Source: Candidatus Saccharimonadota bacterium (GTDB taxonomy: Bacteria > Patescibacteriota > Saccharimonadia > Saccharimonadales > Saccharimonadaceae). From it: a stretch of DNA of 64,000 nucleotides. Below the pieces are notes generated by a model, which searched no databases, was not told the DNA's origin, and saw only the letters and a program-made list of their open reading frames with translations. Made by a program: the position numbers and the translations under genes. Shown piece after piece: positions 1 to 9,197 of the stretch. How positions within the stretch are numbered: position 1 is the first letter of the stretch; each line of letters opens with the position of its first letter. Location: contig QJZZ01000001.1 of the NCBI GenBank assembly GCA_003246575.1, positions 31,978-95,977 on the forward strand, given 5' to 3'.

Positions 1-1461
1 TTCGACAAGCGTACCATCAGGACTGGTGCCGCTAATGGCGAGCCCGCCCTTTTCGAAATCAGCCAGATAGTATTGGTTTACTTCATAGCGGTGGCGGTGA
101 CGTTCGGTGACGTTCTCTGCATCGTATAACTCAGCGACTTTACTTCCCATTGCGAGCTTGGCCGGATAATCGCCGAGGCGCAATGTGCCGCCAGTCGACT
201 CCTTGCCTTCTTGCCCTGGCATGATATAGACGACGTCATGCTTGGCATCAGCGACAAATTCCGTACTATTTGCATCGGTGACTCCCGCCTTACGCGCTGC
301 GGCAATACACGCCACCTGAAGGCCGAGACAGAGACCAAGATACGGTACGTCATGCTCGAGCGCATAGCGAGCGGCCGCAATCTTACCTTCGACCCCGCGG
401 TTACCGAAACCGCCTGGCACCAAGAGCGCGTCCATCGGAGCAAAATCCTCGTCGGTCGCCGTCTCAGCATCGATCCACTTAATCTTCAGGTCAACATCTT
501 CGTGCCACGACGCAGCCTTGAGTGCCTCGATGACGGAGATATATGTGTCTTCATTGTCGAGATACTTCGCAACCACGCCAACAGTCACAGCTGACTCATG
601 TTTCTTGGTCTGAAGTTTGACAAGATCATTCCATGCGGTCAGATCAGGGGTAAGCTCTTCGCCAACAAGGCGTTCAAGAACTGCCATCAAACCATTCGAC
701 GCAAGAACTGCCGGAATCGAGAAGACGCTATCGACATTCGGCATCATCTGCACTGCGTGCTCGGGCAGACCACCAAACAGTGCAATCTTGCGAGCGATAG
801 AGACCGGCGCTTTATCGTCCGAGCGAACCACAACAGCGTCAGGTACGATACCAAAGCCACGGAGGTCATTAAGGGCGTTCTGGGCAGGCTTGGACTTGAA
901 TTCTTTGCTCGTACCGATAAATGGCACATAGACAACGTGCACATAGGCACAGTTTTCGCGGCCGTCCTGGAAAGCAAACTCACGAATCGCCTCAACGAAG
1001 CTCAGACCCTCGTAGTCACCGACGGTGCCGCCGATTTCGACGATATGAACGTCGCTACCTTTGGCAGCTTCACGGATAGATTTCTGGATGGCACGCGTCA
1101 GATGCGGAATCAACTGCACCGTCTGTCCGCCAAACTTCCCAGCTCGCTCATCAGCAATCAGCTGAGAAAGCAAACGACCCGAAAGTGTCGCGTTCTTTTG
1201 CGTCAATTCCAGGTCGAGAAATCGTTCATAATGTCCGAGGTCGAGGTCAGTTTCAGCTCCATCCTTAGTCACAAAGCATTCGCCATGTTCCCGAGGATTA
1301 AGGAGACCCGCATCCACATTGAGATACGGGTCACACTTTTGGATCGAAACGGTCTTTCCTGCGGCTTGGAGCACTGCGCCAATGCTGGCCGCCGTGATAC
1401 CCTTGCCTACCCCCGAGAGTACACCCCCCGTAACGAAAATAAATTTTGTTTGTTTACCCAT
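1..1461 (-). CDS. pyrG: CTP synthase, C-terminus cut by window edge (487 codons present)
   Basis: Absent from the ORF track because it runs off the window. Reverse complement from ATG 1461-1459 reads MGKQTKFIFVTGGVLSGVGKGITAASIGAVLQ..CDPYLNVDAGLLNPREHGECFVT.., and later the amidotransferase motif GLCLGLQ. The frame stays open to position 1. Confidence 0.93.
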   Translation of the reverse strand, partial: MGKQTKFIFVTGGVLSGVGKGITAASIGAVLQAAGKTVSIQKCDPYLNVDAGLLNPREHGECFVTKDGAETDLDLGHYERFLDLELTQKNATLSGRLLSQLIADERAGKFGGQTVQLIPHLTRAIQKSIREAAKGSDVHIVEIGGTVGDYEGLSFVEAIREFAFQDGRENCAYVHVVYVPFIGTSKEFKSKPAQNALNDLRGFGIVPDAVVVRSDDKAPVSIARKIALFGGLPEHAVQMMPNVDSVFSIPAVLASNGLMAVLERLVGEELTPDLTAWNDLVKLQTKKHESAVTVGVVAKYLDNEDTYISVIEALKAASWHEDVDLKIKWIDAETATDEDFAPMDALLVPGGFGNRGVEGKIAAARYALEHDVPYLGLCLGLQVACIAAARKAGVTDANSTEFVADAKHDVVYIMPGQEGKESTGGTLRLGDYPAKLAMGSKVAELYDAENVTERHRHRYEVNQYYLADFEKGGLAISGTSPDGTLVE

Positions 1462-1544
1462 AAGTTTTATCTCCCCTATGGGATTTCAGTATAGCATTTA
1501 AATTTTATGACGCGCTAGATATAGAGCGTTGTAGTTTTGTCACA

Positions 1545-1560
1545 ACACTGGATATAGCGG
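1545..1560 (-). promoter_or_regulatory. NrdR-box-like 16-mer upstream of pyrG (CCGCTATATCCAGTGT on minus strand)
   Basis: 13/16 identical to the 9198-9213 box. It lies ~85 nt upstream of the pyrG start. A second imperfect palindrome (1512-1529) sits ~32 bp away. Confidence 0.35.
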
Positions 1561-1646
1561 TTACGTAAATAATCGGATGTATTGTAATTTTGAGTTATTT
1601 ATGATATTGTATTGTTTGTTGTATTCACAAACGACAGGGGACCCGA

Positions 1647-1946
1647 ATGAACGACAATGCAACGTCTGCGCGCGAACAGGACTTGCGTCGCATCGACGCA
1701 ATAATCACGTCGGGCGATATCGTTATCAAGGCCCAAGTCTCTAATGGCGGACTATGGCTCTACACACAGGACCATACGACGACCTTGTATTCGTTCGACG
1801 TTAGCCTAAACGAGGACGTGCATCAGATTGCACACTGCCTCTCCCGCCTGGGCTTCGGCTCGACACACGAACTCTTCCGATCGATCAAGACTTTCGGAGG
1901 AGAATGCTCCTTCGACCGTGACTACACTCCCCCGGGGAGCGCCTAG
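1647..1946 (+). CDS. hypothetical protein (99 aa)
   Basis: ORF with upstream GGGGA purine tract, followed by a GC hairpin (ggcccctcggggc). I recognise no family. Confidence 0.5.
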   Translation: MNDNATSAREQDLRRIDAIITSGDIVIKAQVSNGGLWLYTQDHTTTLYSFDVSLNEDVHQIAHCLSRLGFGSTHELFRSIKTFGGECSFDRDYTPPGSA

Positions 1947-2047
1947 AGAAAGGCCCCTCGGGGCTTTTCATATCCCGACATCTGTACAGACAGGAACTGC
2001 TTATGCTACGCTGTAGATATTGTAATTAATATAAGCAGGAGGAATCC

Positions 2048-2602
2048 ATGCAAGGTCCAGAACAAACAAATTCTCCGCAGGAAAACCCAGGGTTCGCTCC
2101 TGTTCAGCCACAGGAACCAATACAACAACAGGCACCTGTTCAGCCACAGCCATACGCTCAACCCGCGCAAATGTATCAACAAGCGCCACAATATCCGACA
2201 GCGTCACCTGCCTCACAGGCAAGCATGTTCACATATGTCGGTCTCGGTCTCTTCGGTCTTGCGATTCTCCTGCAGATTCTCGCGCAGTCATTTAGTTGGT
2301 CCGCCTGGCTGCTGTTACTACCTATGTTAATGGGATTCGGCGCGGTAGCGCTCGGGATTATGGCAGCAAAGAACTCCCTCGCTACGATGCTTATCATTGT
2401 TATCAGTGGAGGCCTAATTGCCGGCATAGGAAGCACCCAGACTATGATTAGCTCACTTATCATTAACGCACGCTATAGTAGCGCAATCAAAAGTACCTCA
2501 TCGACACCGTCAAGTTCATCGAGCTCAAAGCAAGCAACGACACAAGAAGAATTTGATGCAAAATATGGAACAGGTCCAGACATCTCGGACTACGACTGGT
2601 AG
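2048..2602 (+). CDS. membrane protein with P/Q-rich N-terminus and Ser-rich tail
   Basis: AGGAGG RBS at 2037-2042. The N-terminal ~55 aa are P/Q-rich, followed by about 3-4 hydrophobic helices. Confidence 0.65.
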   Translation: MQGPEQTNSPQENPGFAPVQPQEPIQQQAPVQPQPYAQPAQMYQQAPQYPTASPASQASMFTYVGLGLFGLAILLQILAQSFSWSAWLLLLPMLMGFGAVALGIMAAKNSLATMLIIVISGGLIAGIGSTQTMISSLIINARYSSAIKSTSSTPSSSSSSKQATTQEEFDAKYGTGPDISDYDW

Positions 2603-2665
2603 AACCACGGCTGCGTCTCACAAAATAGCCGCATTCAGCGGCTATTTTGATATTCACACACAAGC

Positions 2666-3874
2666 TTACTGGAACGTCAGACCAACAAGAACGAAGTTGA
2701 GCACGGTGATGACGGCGACAACCGCATACAACATCCAGTTGAGCCACGTGCTGTTGGCATGTTCGCCCATGATACGCCTGCTCCGTGTCACAAAGATAAG
2801 CGGCAAGAGAGCGAATGGTATGCCGAAGCTTAATGCCACCTGGCTCAAGATCAGGGCAAATGTCGGATCCATTCCAAGGCCAATGATGATAATCGCCGGG
2901 ATGATAGTGATAGTTCGTCGAGCAATCGTCGGGATCTTGTGATTGATCATTTCTTTCATAATGACAGCACCTGCTTGTGCCCCGACTGCCGTTGAAGCCA
3001 GTCCAGCCGCCAAGAGACCAAGCCCAAAGAGCCACGCCACGAGCGTGCCGATATGCGTCTGGAGCGCCTCGAAGATAGCCGTCAGGCTATCTGTTTCTGG
3101 CATACCGCGCAACGCACTGGCCGCCAGGAGGAGCATCGCGATATTGACACTACCAGCGACCAGCATGGCAATTCCAACATCCATCTTGGTTGCTTTGAGC
3201 AGGTAGCGCATACGGCTCATCTCGACCTTGCCGTGACGATCACGCGCAAGCGCAGAGTGCAGATAGACGACATGCGGCATCACCGTTGCGCCGAGCATGG
3301 CAGTTGCGAGCAAGATCATATCAGGCGTATGAAGGGTTGGCACAAGGCCGGACACGATACCAACAGGATCAGGCGGTGCGACGAAGAGTCCAATGATGAA
3401 GCCGATCGGGATAATCATCAAAATACCCATGATAACGCGTTCGAAGACCTTCACTTCGCGTTCATTATAGATACGCAGCAAGATCAGTGAGACCAGGCCA
3501 GTGATAATAGCACCGAGTAACATCGGAATGTCGAACAGGATATAGAGAGCCAGCGCTCCACCGATCACTTCGGCGAGATCAGTTGCAATCGCAACGAGTT
3601 CAGCCTGTAGCCAATACGCGATACGCGTACGGCGACCGAGATTTTCAGCGATAATTTTTGGCAGACTCTTACCGGTTACGATGCCAACTTTGGCGCTCAA
3701 ATACTGCACGAGCATCGCCATTGCGTTGGCCAGCACCAAGACCCATAGCAACATGTAGCCGAATTTGGCTCCGGCACTGAAGTTTGCCGCGAAATTACCT
3801 GGATCGACATAGGCGACCGCGGCAACGAATGCGGGTCCAATCAATCGTGACAGTGCGCGGGCTTTTTTGACCAT
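2666..3874 (-). CDS. mntH: Nramp-family divalent metal (Mn2+/Fe2+) transporter
   Basis: MVKKARALSRLIGPAFVAAVAYVDPGNFAANFSAGAKFGYMLLWV.. is the Nramp signature (DPGN). I trimmed the track ORF (to 4138) to the ATG at 3874, which overlaps the upstream stop (TAATG). Confidence 0.9.
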   Translation of the reverse strand: MVKKARALSRLIGPAFVAAVAYVDPGNFAANFSAGAKFGYMLLWVLVLANAMAMLVQYLSAKVGIVTGKSLPKIIAENLGRRTRIAYWLQAELVAIATDLAEVIGGALALYILFDIPMLLGAIITGLVSLILLRIYNEREVKVFERVIMGILMIIPIGFIIGLFVAPPDPVGIVSGLVPTLHTPDMILLATAMLGATVMPHVVYLHSALARDRHGKVEMSRMRYLLKATKMDVGIAMLVAGSVNIAMLLLAASALRGMPETDSLTAIFEALQTHIGTLVAWLFGLGLLAAGLASTAVGAQAGAVIMKEMINHKIPTIARRTITIIPAIIIIGLGMDPTFALILSQVALSFGIPFALLPLIFVTRSRRIMGEHANSTWLNWMLYAVVAVITVLNFVLVGLTFQ

Positions 3875-4476
3875 TACGCTTCTCTCTTCGCGAATTGTTC
3901 CGGCACAGGCGTGCCGAACCGAACATCTTTGACATCGACCACCCCACGAAGATCTCCCACGAATCCATAGGCAGCTTCGTACATATTGTCTATATGACCA
4001 TAGTACGCATCGTTCCATTCGAGTCCGAACTGTTCGGCAGCAGCGCGCACGGCTGCTTCTGTTTCTGCTTCGATTTCGATATAGGGTGGCAGCCACGGCC
4101 ACTCGTCGATCACAACCTCTGCGTCTCCGAGCCGCCATGTCTCTCGTCGTGATTCCTGGAATGATCGATACTCGAGACCGGCTTCACGAAATAGCTCTAC
4201 CGTCTTGTCGAAATCACTGACGACGACTTCAATTTCGTTGACATTATCAATCACCGTCGCTAGTGGATCAGTGCGGCGCTTGAACGTGAGCGTTGCTTTA
4301 TCGCCCTCGTCACGAATACGAATCCACGCGTGGGTTGCTTTGTGCTCTTCGGTTTCGATGATGACCCGGCGCATCAGGCGCATCGGCACTTCACATTCCG
4401 CACCAGCGGATAACAAAATAGTACGGAATGCGTCGATATCGATATTGAGAAATTTTACTTCGATTTCGGCTTGCAT
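3874..4476 (-). CDS. CYTH-domain (triphosphate tunnel metalloenzyme / CyaB-like) protein
   Basis: N-terminal EIEVKF (ExExK) signature and ~200 aa size. Translationally coupled to mntH. Confidence 0.8.
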   Translation of the reverse strand: MQAEIEVKFLNIDIDAFRTILLSAGAECEVPMRLMRRVIIETEEHKATHAWIRIRDEGDKATLTFKRRTDPLATVIDNVNEIEVVVSDFDKTVELFREAGLEYRSFQESRRETWRLGDAEVVIDEWPWLPPYIEIEAETEAAVRAAAEQFGLEWNDAYYGHIDNMYEAAYGFVGDLRGVVDVKDVRFGTPVPEQFAKREA

Positions 4477-4524
4477 CCGTACTATTCCTTTTCTGACTAA
4501 GTATTGCGTGAGCGGTCTATGTAC

Positions 4525-4707
4525 CTATTCGCAGCCGTCACAGATTGTGAGGCTTGATGGGTCGAGTGGAGCCGCGATGATGCCGCGAGATGCAGCCTCT
4601 TCGTTTGCCTGTTCCTGGGCGACCTGCATCGCACGGTCAATAGCGGCGAGTTTCTCTTCGAGAGTCATGGTGTCTTCGTCTTGACCAAAAATTGCTGATG
4701 CGTTCAT
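4525..4707 (-). CDS. small hypothetical protein (60 aa, C-terminal CDGCE)
   Basis: ORF preceded by a GGGGGG RBS-like tract and a TATAAT promoter abutting a NrdR-like box. No recognised family. Confidence 0.45.
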   Translation of the reverse strand: MNASAIFGQDEDTMTLEEKLAAIDRAMQVAQEQANEEAASRGIIAAPLDPSSLTICDGCE

Positions 4708-4761
4708 TTCGTTCCCCCCTGGTGGTAGGTGTTAATTTTAGCGTTGCTTATGATTTATTAT

Positions 4762-4777
4762 ACGCCACATATAGCGT
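4762..4777 (-). promoter_or_regulatory. NrdR-box-like 16-mer (ACGCTATATGTGGCGT on minus strand) abutting a TATAAT -10
   Basis: 14/16 identical to the 9198-9213 box. On the minus strand it is followed directly by TATAAT, ~50 nt upstream of the 60-aa ORF. Confidence 0.4.
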
Positions 4778-4781
4778 TTTA

Positions 4782-5195
4782 CTAGCGATTTTCGCCGTAA
4801 AAATACCAACATTTAGCGTAGCTTTTCGCCTCATCGAGTGTACCGATTAGCATGCGGTAGACAGGAAAATCTTGTAGCAGTCCTGGCACTTTGCCGAAGC
4901 GCTGTTCGAGTAATGTGTATGCGGCAGGACGAGCCGTGTCATCGAGCCGTTCGACCGACCCGTTTATGAATACACCCTTTGGCCCTTGGCTTTCGTCTGG
5001 TGAAAATACCGCCAGACTCACCCACTTGCCGTCTTCGAGGTAGCGCGAGTGATCAGCTGATGGCGAGGATAGCCAGTAGACTGCTTCGCCATCTGTTGCC
5101 ACATGCAGTGGAGTCGCCCACGGCTGACCGTTCTGATCAACCGTGGCGAGAACGCCGAGAACAGTTTCGTCGAAAATATGTGCTGCGTCTCCCAT
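4782..5195 (-). CDS. pyridoxamine 5'-phosphate oxidase-like (FMN-binding split-barrel) family protein
   Basis: VLGVLATVDQNGQPWATPLHVATDGEAVYWLSSPSADHSRYL is the typical PNPOx-like N-terminal pattern. 137 aa. Confidence 0.7.
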   Translation of the reverse strand: MGDAAHIFDETVLGVLATVDQNGQPWATPLHVATDGEAVYWLSSPSADHSRYLEDGKWVSLAVFSPDESQGPKGVFINGSVERLDDTARPAAYTLLEQRFGKVPGLLQDFPVYRMLIGTLDEAKSYAKCWYFYGENR

Positions 5196-5205
5196 ATACG
5201 TACCC

Positions 5206-6231
5206 CTATTTAACTGAGTTTACTTCGTAGCTTGTGTTAGTGCTTTCGAAGAAGTTGACGAGCTCAAGCGTGTCATTGGCAGCTGCCATCCACTTAGCTG
5301 GGTTCGAAACATTGTATTCTTTTTCGAATCCAAGTTCTTCGAGGCGGCGGTCAGTCATGAACTTGACGTACTGGTTGACGTAGTCTGCGTTGAGGCCGAG
5401 GATACCGTGTGGCAGCATGTCCTTGTTGTAGGCTTCTTCGAGGCGAACCGCTTCGAGGATGAGCTCACGAATCTCTTCGGCAAACTCTTCTGTCTGAAGT
5501 TCTGGGTTCTCGTCGAGAATCGTCAGGAGCAAGTTGATACCGAAGGTAAGGTGCAAATTCTCGTCCTTAGTGATCCAGTCGAGGAGTGTACCGACATTAC
5601 GAAGCAAGTTGCGTTGACGGAAGCTCATACCAACCATGAAGCCAGAGTAGAACCAGATACCTTCGAGCACGATGTTGTAGGCAACCAGTGAGCGGACAAA
5701 ATCCTTTTTGCCCTCGAGACTATAGATGTCGAGGTTTGGATCGAGCATCACCTTGAGGTGCTTGTTTTGGAAATCGGCCTTGTCGGCGAGCGACTTCTTA
5801 CCAAATCCTGCAGCGTAGATCTCTTCGCGGTTGAACGGGAAGGTCTCGATGATGTATTCAAATGCCATGAAGTGGTTTGCTTCTTCCCACATCTGCTTTG
5901 AGAGGTAGAGCTGCGCTTCAGCCGCGTTAACGTATGGGTAGATACCAAATGCAAGTGACTTGTTGATGAGCAGCTCGTTCGGGTTGAGGTAGCTAATGAC
6001 CGTCTTGAGCGCATGCTGTTCGTCGTCACTCAGTTTCTTGAGGTCAGCAAGGTCTTGAACGAGCTGGACTTCGTTTGGAAACCACGTGTTAGCAACAGCT
6101 TGGTCATAGAGATCCATTGCCCACTGGTAACGGACTGGCTTGAGCTGCAAGCCGTCGCGGAGCCCAGAACCCAAGATGCCTGTTGAGGCACCTTCCGCCG
6201 TCTCGATGAATTCATTTCGTTTTGCACTCAT
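5206..6231 (-). CDS. nrdB: ribonucleotide reductase small subunit, class Ic-like (Phe at radical-Tyr site)
   Basis: Ferritin-like R2 motifs are present: E86, E117-x-x-H120, E190 and E224-x-x-H227. F124 occupies the position four residues after the first His. Confidence 0.93.
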   Translation of the reverse strand: MSAKRNEFIETAEGASTGILGSGLRDGLQLKPVRYQWAMDLYDQAVANTWFPNEVQLVQDLADLKKLSDDEQHALKTVISYLNPNELLINKSLAFGIYPYVNAAEAQLYLSKQMWEEANHFMAFEYIIETFPFNREEIYAAGFGKKSLADKADFQNKHLKVMLDPNLDIYSLEGKKDFVRSLVAYNIVLEGIWFYSGFMVGMSFRQRNLLRNVGTLLDWITKDENLHLTFGINLLLTILDENPELQTEEFAEEIRELILEAVRLEEAYNKDMLPHGILGLNADYVNQYVKFMTDRRLEELGFEKEYNVSNPAKWMAAANDTLELVNFFESTNTSYEVNSVK

Positions 6232-6238
6232 TGTTGTA

Positions 6239-6496
6239 TTACTCCTTCTCCGTTAATTCGTGCTTGGTGCTAAAAGTTGCAAGAGCGCCGCGGTGGTTTT
6301 TGAGTCGCTTGAGTTCATGCTCGGCACGAACCACCTGTCGCTTGAGCTCGTTGAGTCGATGTTCGACGAGCGGGATACGCTCGTCGTAATCATCGGCTGC
6401 AACAGAGACGAACTCTTGTAGCTGCTGTTTTTCTTCGGTGTTAAAGTGTTCTTCCGCCGGTTTTTTAGGGTGTAGAACGCGTGAGGTTTTCCCCAT
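6239..6496 (-). CDS. hypothetical coiled-coil protein (85 aa) between nrdA and nrdB
   Basis: ORF with 13-nt and 7-nt gaps to its neighbours. Charged heptad-like sequence. Confidence 0.55.
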   Translation of the reverse strand: MGKTSRVLHPKKPAEEHFNTEEKQQLQEFVSVAADDYDERIPLVEHRLNELKRQVVRAEHELKRLKNHRGALATFSTKHELTEKE

Positions 6497-6509
6497 TCTT
6501 CCTCCTTAC

Positions 6510-8912
6510 TTAGCTGCGTTTTGCAAAGCCGAAGCCCTTAACACGCTTCGCACTATCGGTACGAACTTTTTCGACATTCTTTGACTGAACGGTCGTTTGT
6601 TCAGACTGGTGACGAGGTTTGACATGCAGGTAGTAGGTCGTCTTGAGACCACGACGCCATGCCTCTGAGTAAATCTTGACGTATTCGTCGATGTCGCGAG
6701 TCTCGAGATACATGTTGCGGCTGATCGCTTGGTCAACCCACTTCTGTGCACGAGCAGCAACTTCGATGAAGGCGTATGGGCTGAGCTGGAAGCTTGTCTT
6801 GTAGACGTCGCGGACTTCCTGTGGAATCTGCTCCATACCCTGAATGTCGCCCTGGTTTGCGAGCAAATCGTCTTTAAGCTCTTCCCAGAGGTTCAATTCT
6901 TTGAGCTTGCGAACAAGGTTGCCGTTGACTTCAAGGAACTTACCATTAAGGGTGCTGCGGCTGAAGATCTGGCTGAACTGTGGGTCGATACCAGGAGTGG
7001 TACCAGCAACGTGCGAGATATTCGCCGTTGGCGCAATTGCCATCAAGGTTGAGTTGCGCATACCCTTGGTTGTCTTCTTGCGAAGTGCTTCCCAGTCGAG
7101 TTTTGCTTTGGTCGAGACCTTGACCTTTACCTTGCGGTCGGTGCTAAGTTGGTCGATGGTATCGACAGGCAGTTCACCGCGGCTCCAACCACTTCCCTTG
7201 AAGTTTGGATACGCACCGCGAACCTTAGCGAGTTCAGCTGACTCATCGATAGCGTGGTAACTGATGAACTCAGTGAGTTCGTCGACGAGCTGGTAGGCCT
7301 CTTCTGATTCGTAGCTGAGTTCGAGCTTTTCGAGAATATCCGAGAAGCCCATGTAGCCGAGACCGAGGGCACGGTTGAGTTCGTTCGAGCGAACCGACTC
7401 AGGAATTGGCGTGTTAGTGATATCGAGCAGGTTGTCGAGCTGACGAACAGCTGAGTGTACAGAGGCTGCCATACGATCCCAGTCCCACGTCTTGTCCTCA
7501 TTGAGGAAAGCGCTGAGGTTCATGCTGACGAGGTTACAGGTCGCAATATTGTCTTTGTCCTGTGGGAGGGTGATTTCAGTACAAAGGTTCGACAAGTGAA
7601 TCGTACCGGTGTTGTCGTTGAGAGCACGGACGTTGATCGTGTCTTTCCATGTCAACCACGGGTGGCTTGTTGCCTGAAGGTTGATGAGGATTGAACGGAA
7701 CTGTTCACGTGCTGACAGCTTTTCGAAGGTGCGAAGTTCGCCCGCTTCGGCCATCTTGATGTATTCGTTGTAGCGCTTTGCGAAGTCGTTGCCGTAGAGC
7801 TCTGGAAGATCACTCACCTCTGATGGGTCGAACAGGTACCAGTCTTTGTCAGCCTCTACGCGGCGCATGAATTCGTCGCTCAACCATACAGCGGTGTTCA
7901 TGAAACGTGTACGCATGTATGGGTCGCCTGAGTTGGTACGAAGGTCGAGGAATTGCGGGAAGTTGAGGTGCCAGTTTTCCATGTACATAGCAGCGGCGCC
8001 AGCTTTTTTGCCCTTGCGACTAACGGCGAAGAGTGCAGTGTCGATCATTTTCATGAATGGAATTGGGCCCGTACTTTCAGTGTTGGTCGTCTTGACTGGG
8101 CTACCTGCAGCACGAAGCTTGTTCATGCTGATACCGATACCGCCAGTACCCTTGGCAATCCACATAACGTCGCGAACACTCTTGGCAATCGCTTCCATGT
8201 CGTCGTCGACTTCCATGACAAAACAGTTCGAGAGTTGCGGGAAGCTACCACCAGCGTTGACGCGAGTTGAGCCACCTGGGCTGTACTCGAGCTTGCTCAT
8301 GTGTTGATAAAAGTCGATTGCAGCAGCGGTTGGATCTTCTTCGTTGTAACTGAGCCCCATAGCAATACGCATGTGGGTAAACTGTGGAACTTCGAGTGGA
8401 TCACCGTTTTGCTTGCGAAGTGCATAGCGGTTCTTGTTGGTGACAACACCGAGGAACTTACTCAGGTCGTCTTTGGTTGGGTCGAGTGCAGCAGCAATTT
8501 TCTTGATATCAAAAATTTTGCTATCGCCCATTCGCTTGTCGAGCAGACCATCTTTGACGCCTTGCTTGATGTATTCAGGGAACTTTTTGACGTGGAGCTT
8601 CTTGAGCTCATCAGCTGTTTCGTAGTCACCCAAGATGTTCTTGTAGATAACCTTTAGCTGAAGACGTGCGGCAATCTTGTCGTAGTCTGGGTCGTCTTTT
8701 ACGTTTTGGAGCGCTGTCTGGATGACAGCCTCATCGAGTTGCTCGGTAGTGATACCGTCAAATAATGTGAGCTGTAGCTGCGATGCAACTTCGACTACCT
8801 TAGAGATTTGGTCTTCCAAACCTTCGCTTGCCTTTACGAGCGCTAGATTGATCTTATTAGCGTCGAATGGTACGCGGGTGCCGTCGCGATGTACCACATG
8901 GATTCCGTCCAT
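6510..8912 (-). CDS. nrdA: ribonucleotide reductase large subunit, class I, with N-terminal ATP-cone
   Basis: VVHRDGTRVPFDANKI is the ATP-cone start. NLCTEI, the GGIG region and the C-terminal tail are typical of NrdA. 800 aa. Confidence 0.95.
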   Translation of the reverse strand: MDGIHVVHRDGTRVPFDANKINLALVKASEGLEDQISKVVEVASQLQLTLFDGITTEQLDEAVIQTALQNVKDDPDYDKIAARLQLKVIYKNILGDYETADELKKLHVKKFPEYIKQGVKDGLLDKRMGDSKIFDIKKIAAALDPTKDDLSKFLGVVTNKNRYALRKQNGDPLEVPQFTHMRIAMGLSYNEEDPTAAAIDFYQHMSKLEYSPGGSTRVNAGGSFPQLSNCFVMEVDDDMEAIAKSVRDVMWIAKGTGGIGISMNKLRAAGSPVKTTNTESTGPIPFMKMIDTALFAVSRKGKKAGAAAMYMENWHLNFPQFLDLRTNSGDPYMRTRFMNTAVWLSDEFMRRVEADKDWYLFDPSEVSDLPELYGNDFAKRYNEYIKMAEAGELRTFEKLSAREQFRSILINLQATSHPWLTWKDTINVRALNDNTGTIHLSNLCTEITLPQDKDNIATCNLVSMNLSAFLNEDKTWDWDRMAASVHSAVRQLDNLLDITNTPIPESVRSNELNRALGLGYMGFSDILEKLELSYESEEAYQLVDELTEFISYHAIDESAELAKVRGAYPNFKGSGWSRGELPVDTIDQLSTDRKVKVKVSTKAKLDWEALRKKTTKGMRNSTLMAIAPTANISHVAGTTPGIDPQFSQIFSRSTLNGKFLEVNGNLVRKLKELNLWEELKDDLLANQGDIQGMEQIPQEVRDVYKTSFQLSPYAFIEVAARAQKWVDQAISRNMYLETRDIDEYVKIYSEAWRRGLKTTYYLHVKPRHQSEQTTVQSKNVEKVRTDSAKRVKGFGFAKRS

Positions 8913-9050
8913 GACCCTATCCTTTGAATTTGTTAGATTAGTATACCCTCCACACGAACACCTCCCAAAAAGTGTCTCGGCAAGCAGGAATAGGCCCTAG
9001 CCAACTAGGTCTATATATGTCCTCCCGCTTGCTAATGTGTGTTTTTTGTT

Positions 9051-9069
9051 GCACTACATATATGTAGCG
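9051..9069. promoter_or_regulatory. palindromic operator-like box (contains perfect CTACATATATGTAG)
   Basis: Perfect 14-nt palindrome just downstream of the predicted nrdA -10. The arms match the CGCTA..TAGTG family. Confidence 0.45.
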
Positions 9070-9079
9070 TCTGCGTAGC

Positions 9080-9108
9080 ATTATGGACGCTATATATATG
9101 TTTTGCAA
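9080..9108 (-). promoter_or_regulatory. candidate sigma70 promoter of nrdA operon (-35 TTGCAA, 17 nt, -10 CATAAT)
   Basis: Read on the minus strand: ttgcaa-N17-cataat. The spacer is occupied by the 9087-9102 box. Confidence 0.45.
9087..9102. promoter_or_regulatory. NrdR-box-like 16-mer (ACGCTATATATATGTT)
   Basis: 12/16 identical to the 9198-9213 box. About 34 bp centre-to-centre from the 9051-9069 box. Confidence 0.4.
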
Positions 9109-9197
9109 GCATTTTGTGGCAAAACATCAGCTTTTTACAACACCATCAAAGCACTACCCCAATACACACGAATCTAGCGTCATGTTTCTTATTTACA

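Noticed and set aside
598-1494. 298-aa plus-strand ORF, with several smaller ones, in the first 1.5 kb
   Set aside because: It lies antisense to an unmistakable CTP synthase reading frame on the minus strand. The sequence is low-complexity, Arg/Cys-rich nonsense with no RBS.
3875-4138. 88-codon N-terminal extension of the mntH ORF
   Set aside because: The extension is Arg-rich and overlaps the CYTH gene. The Nramp homology begins at the Met at 3874, which is coupled to the upstream stop.
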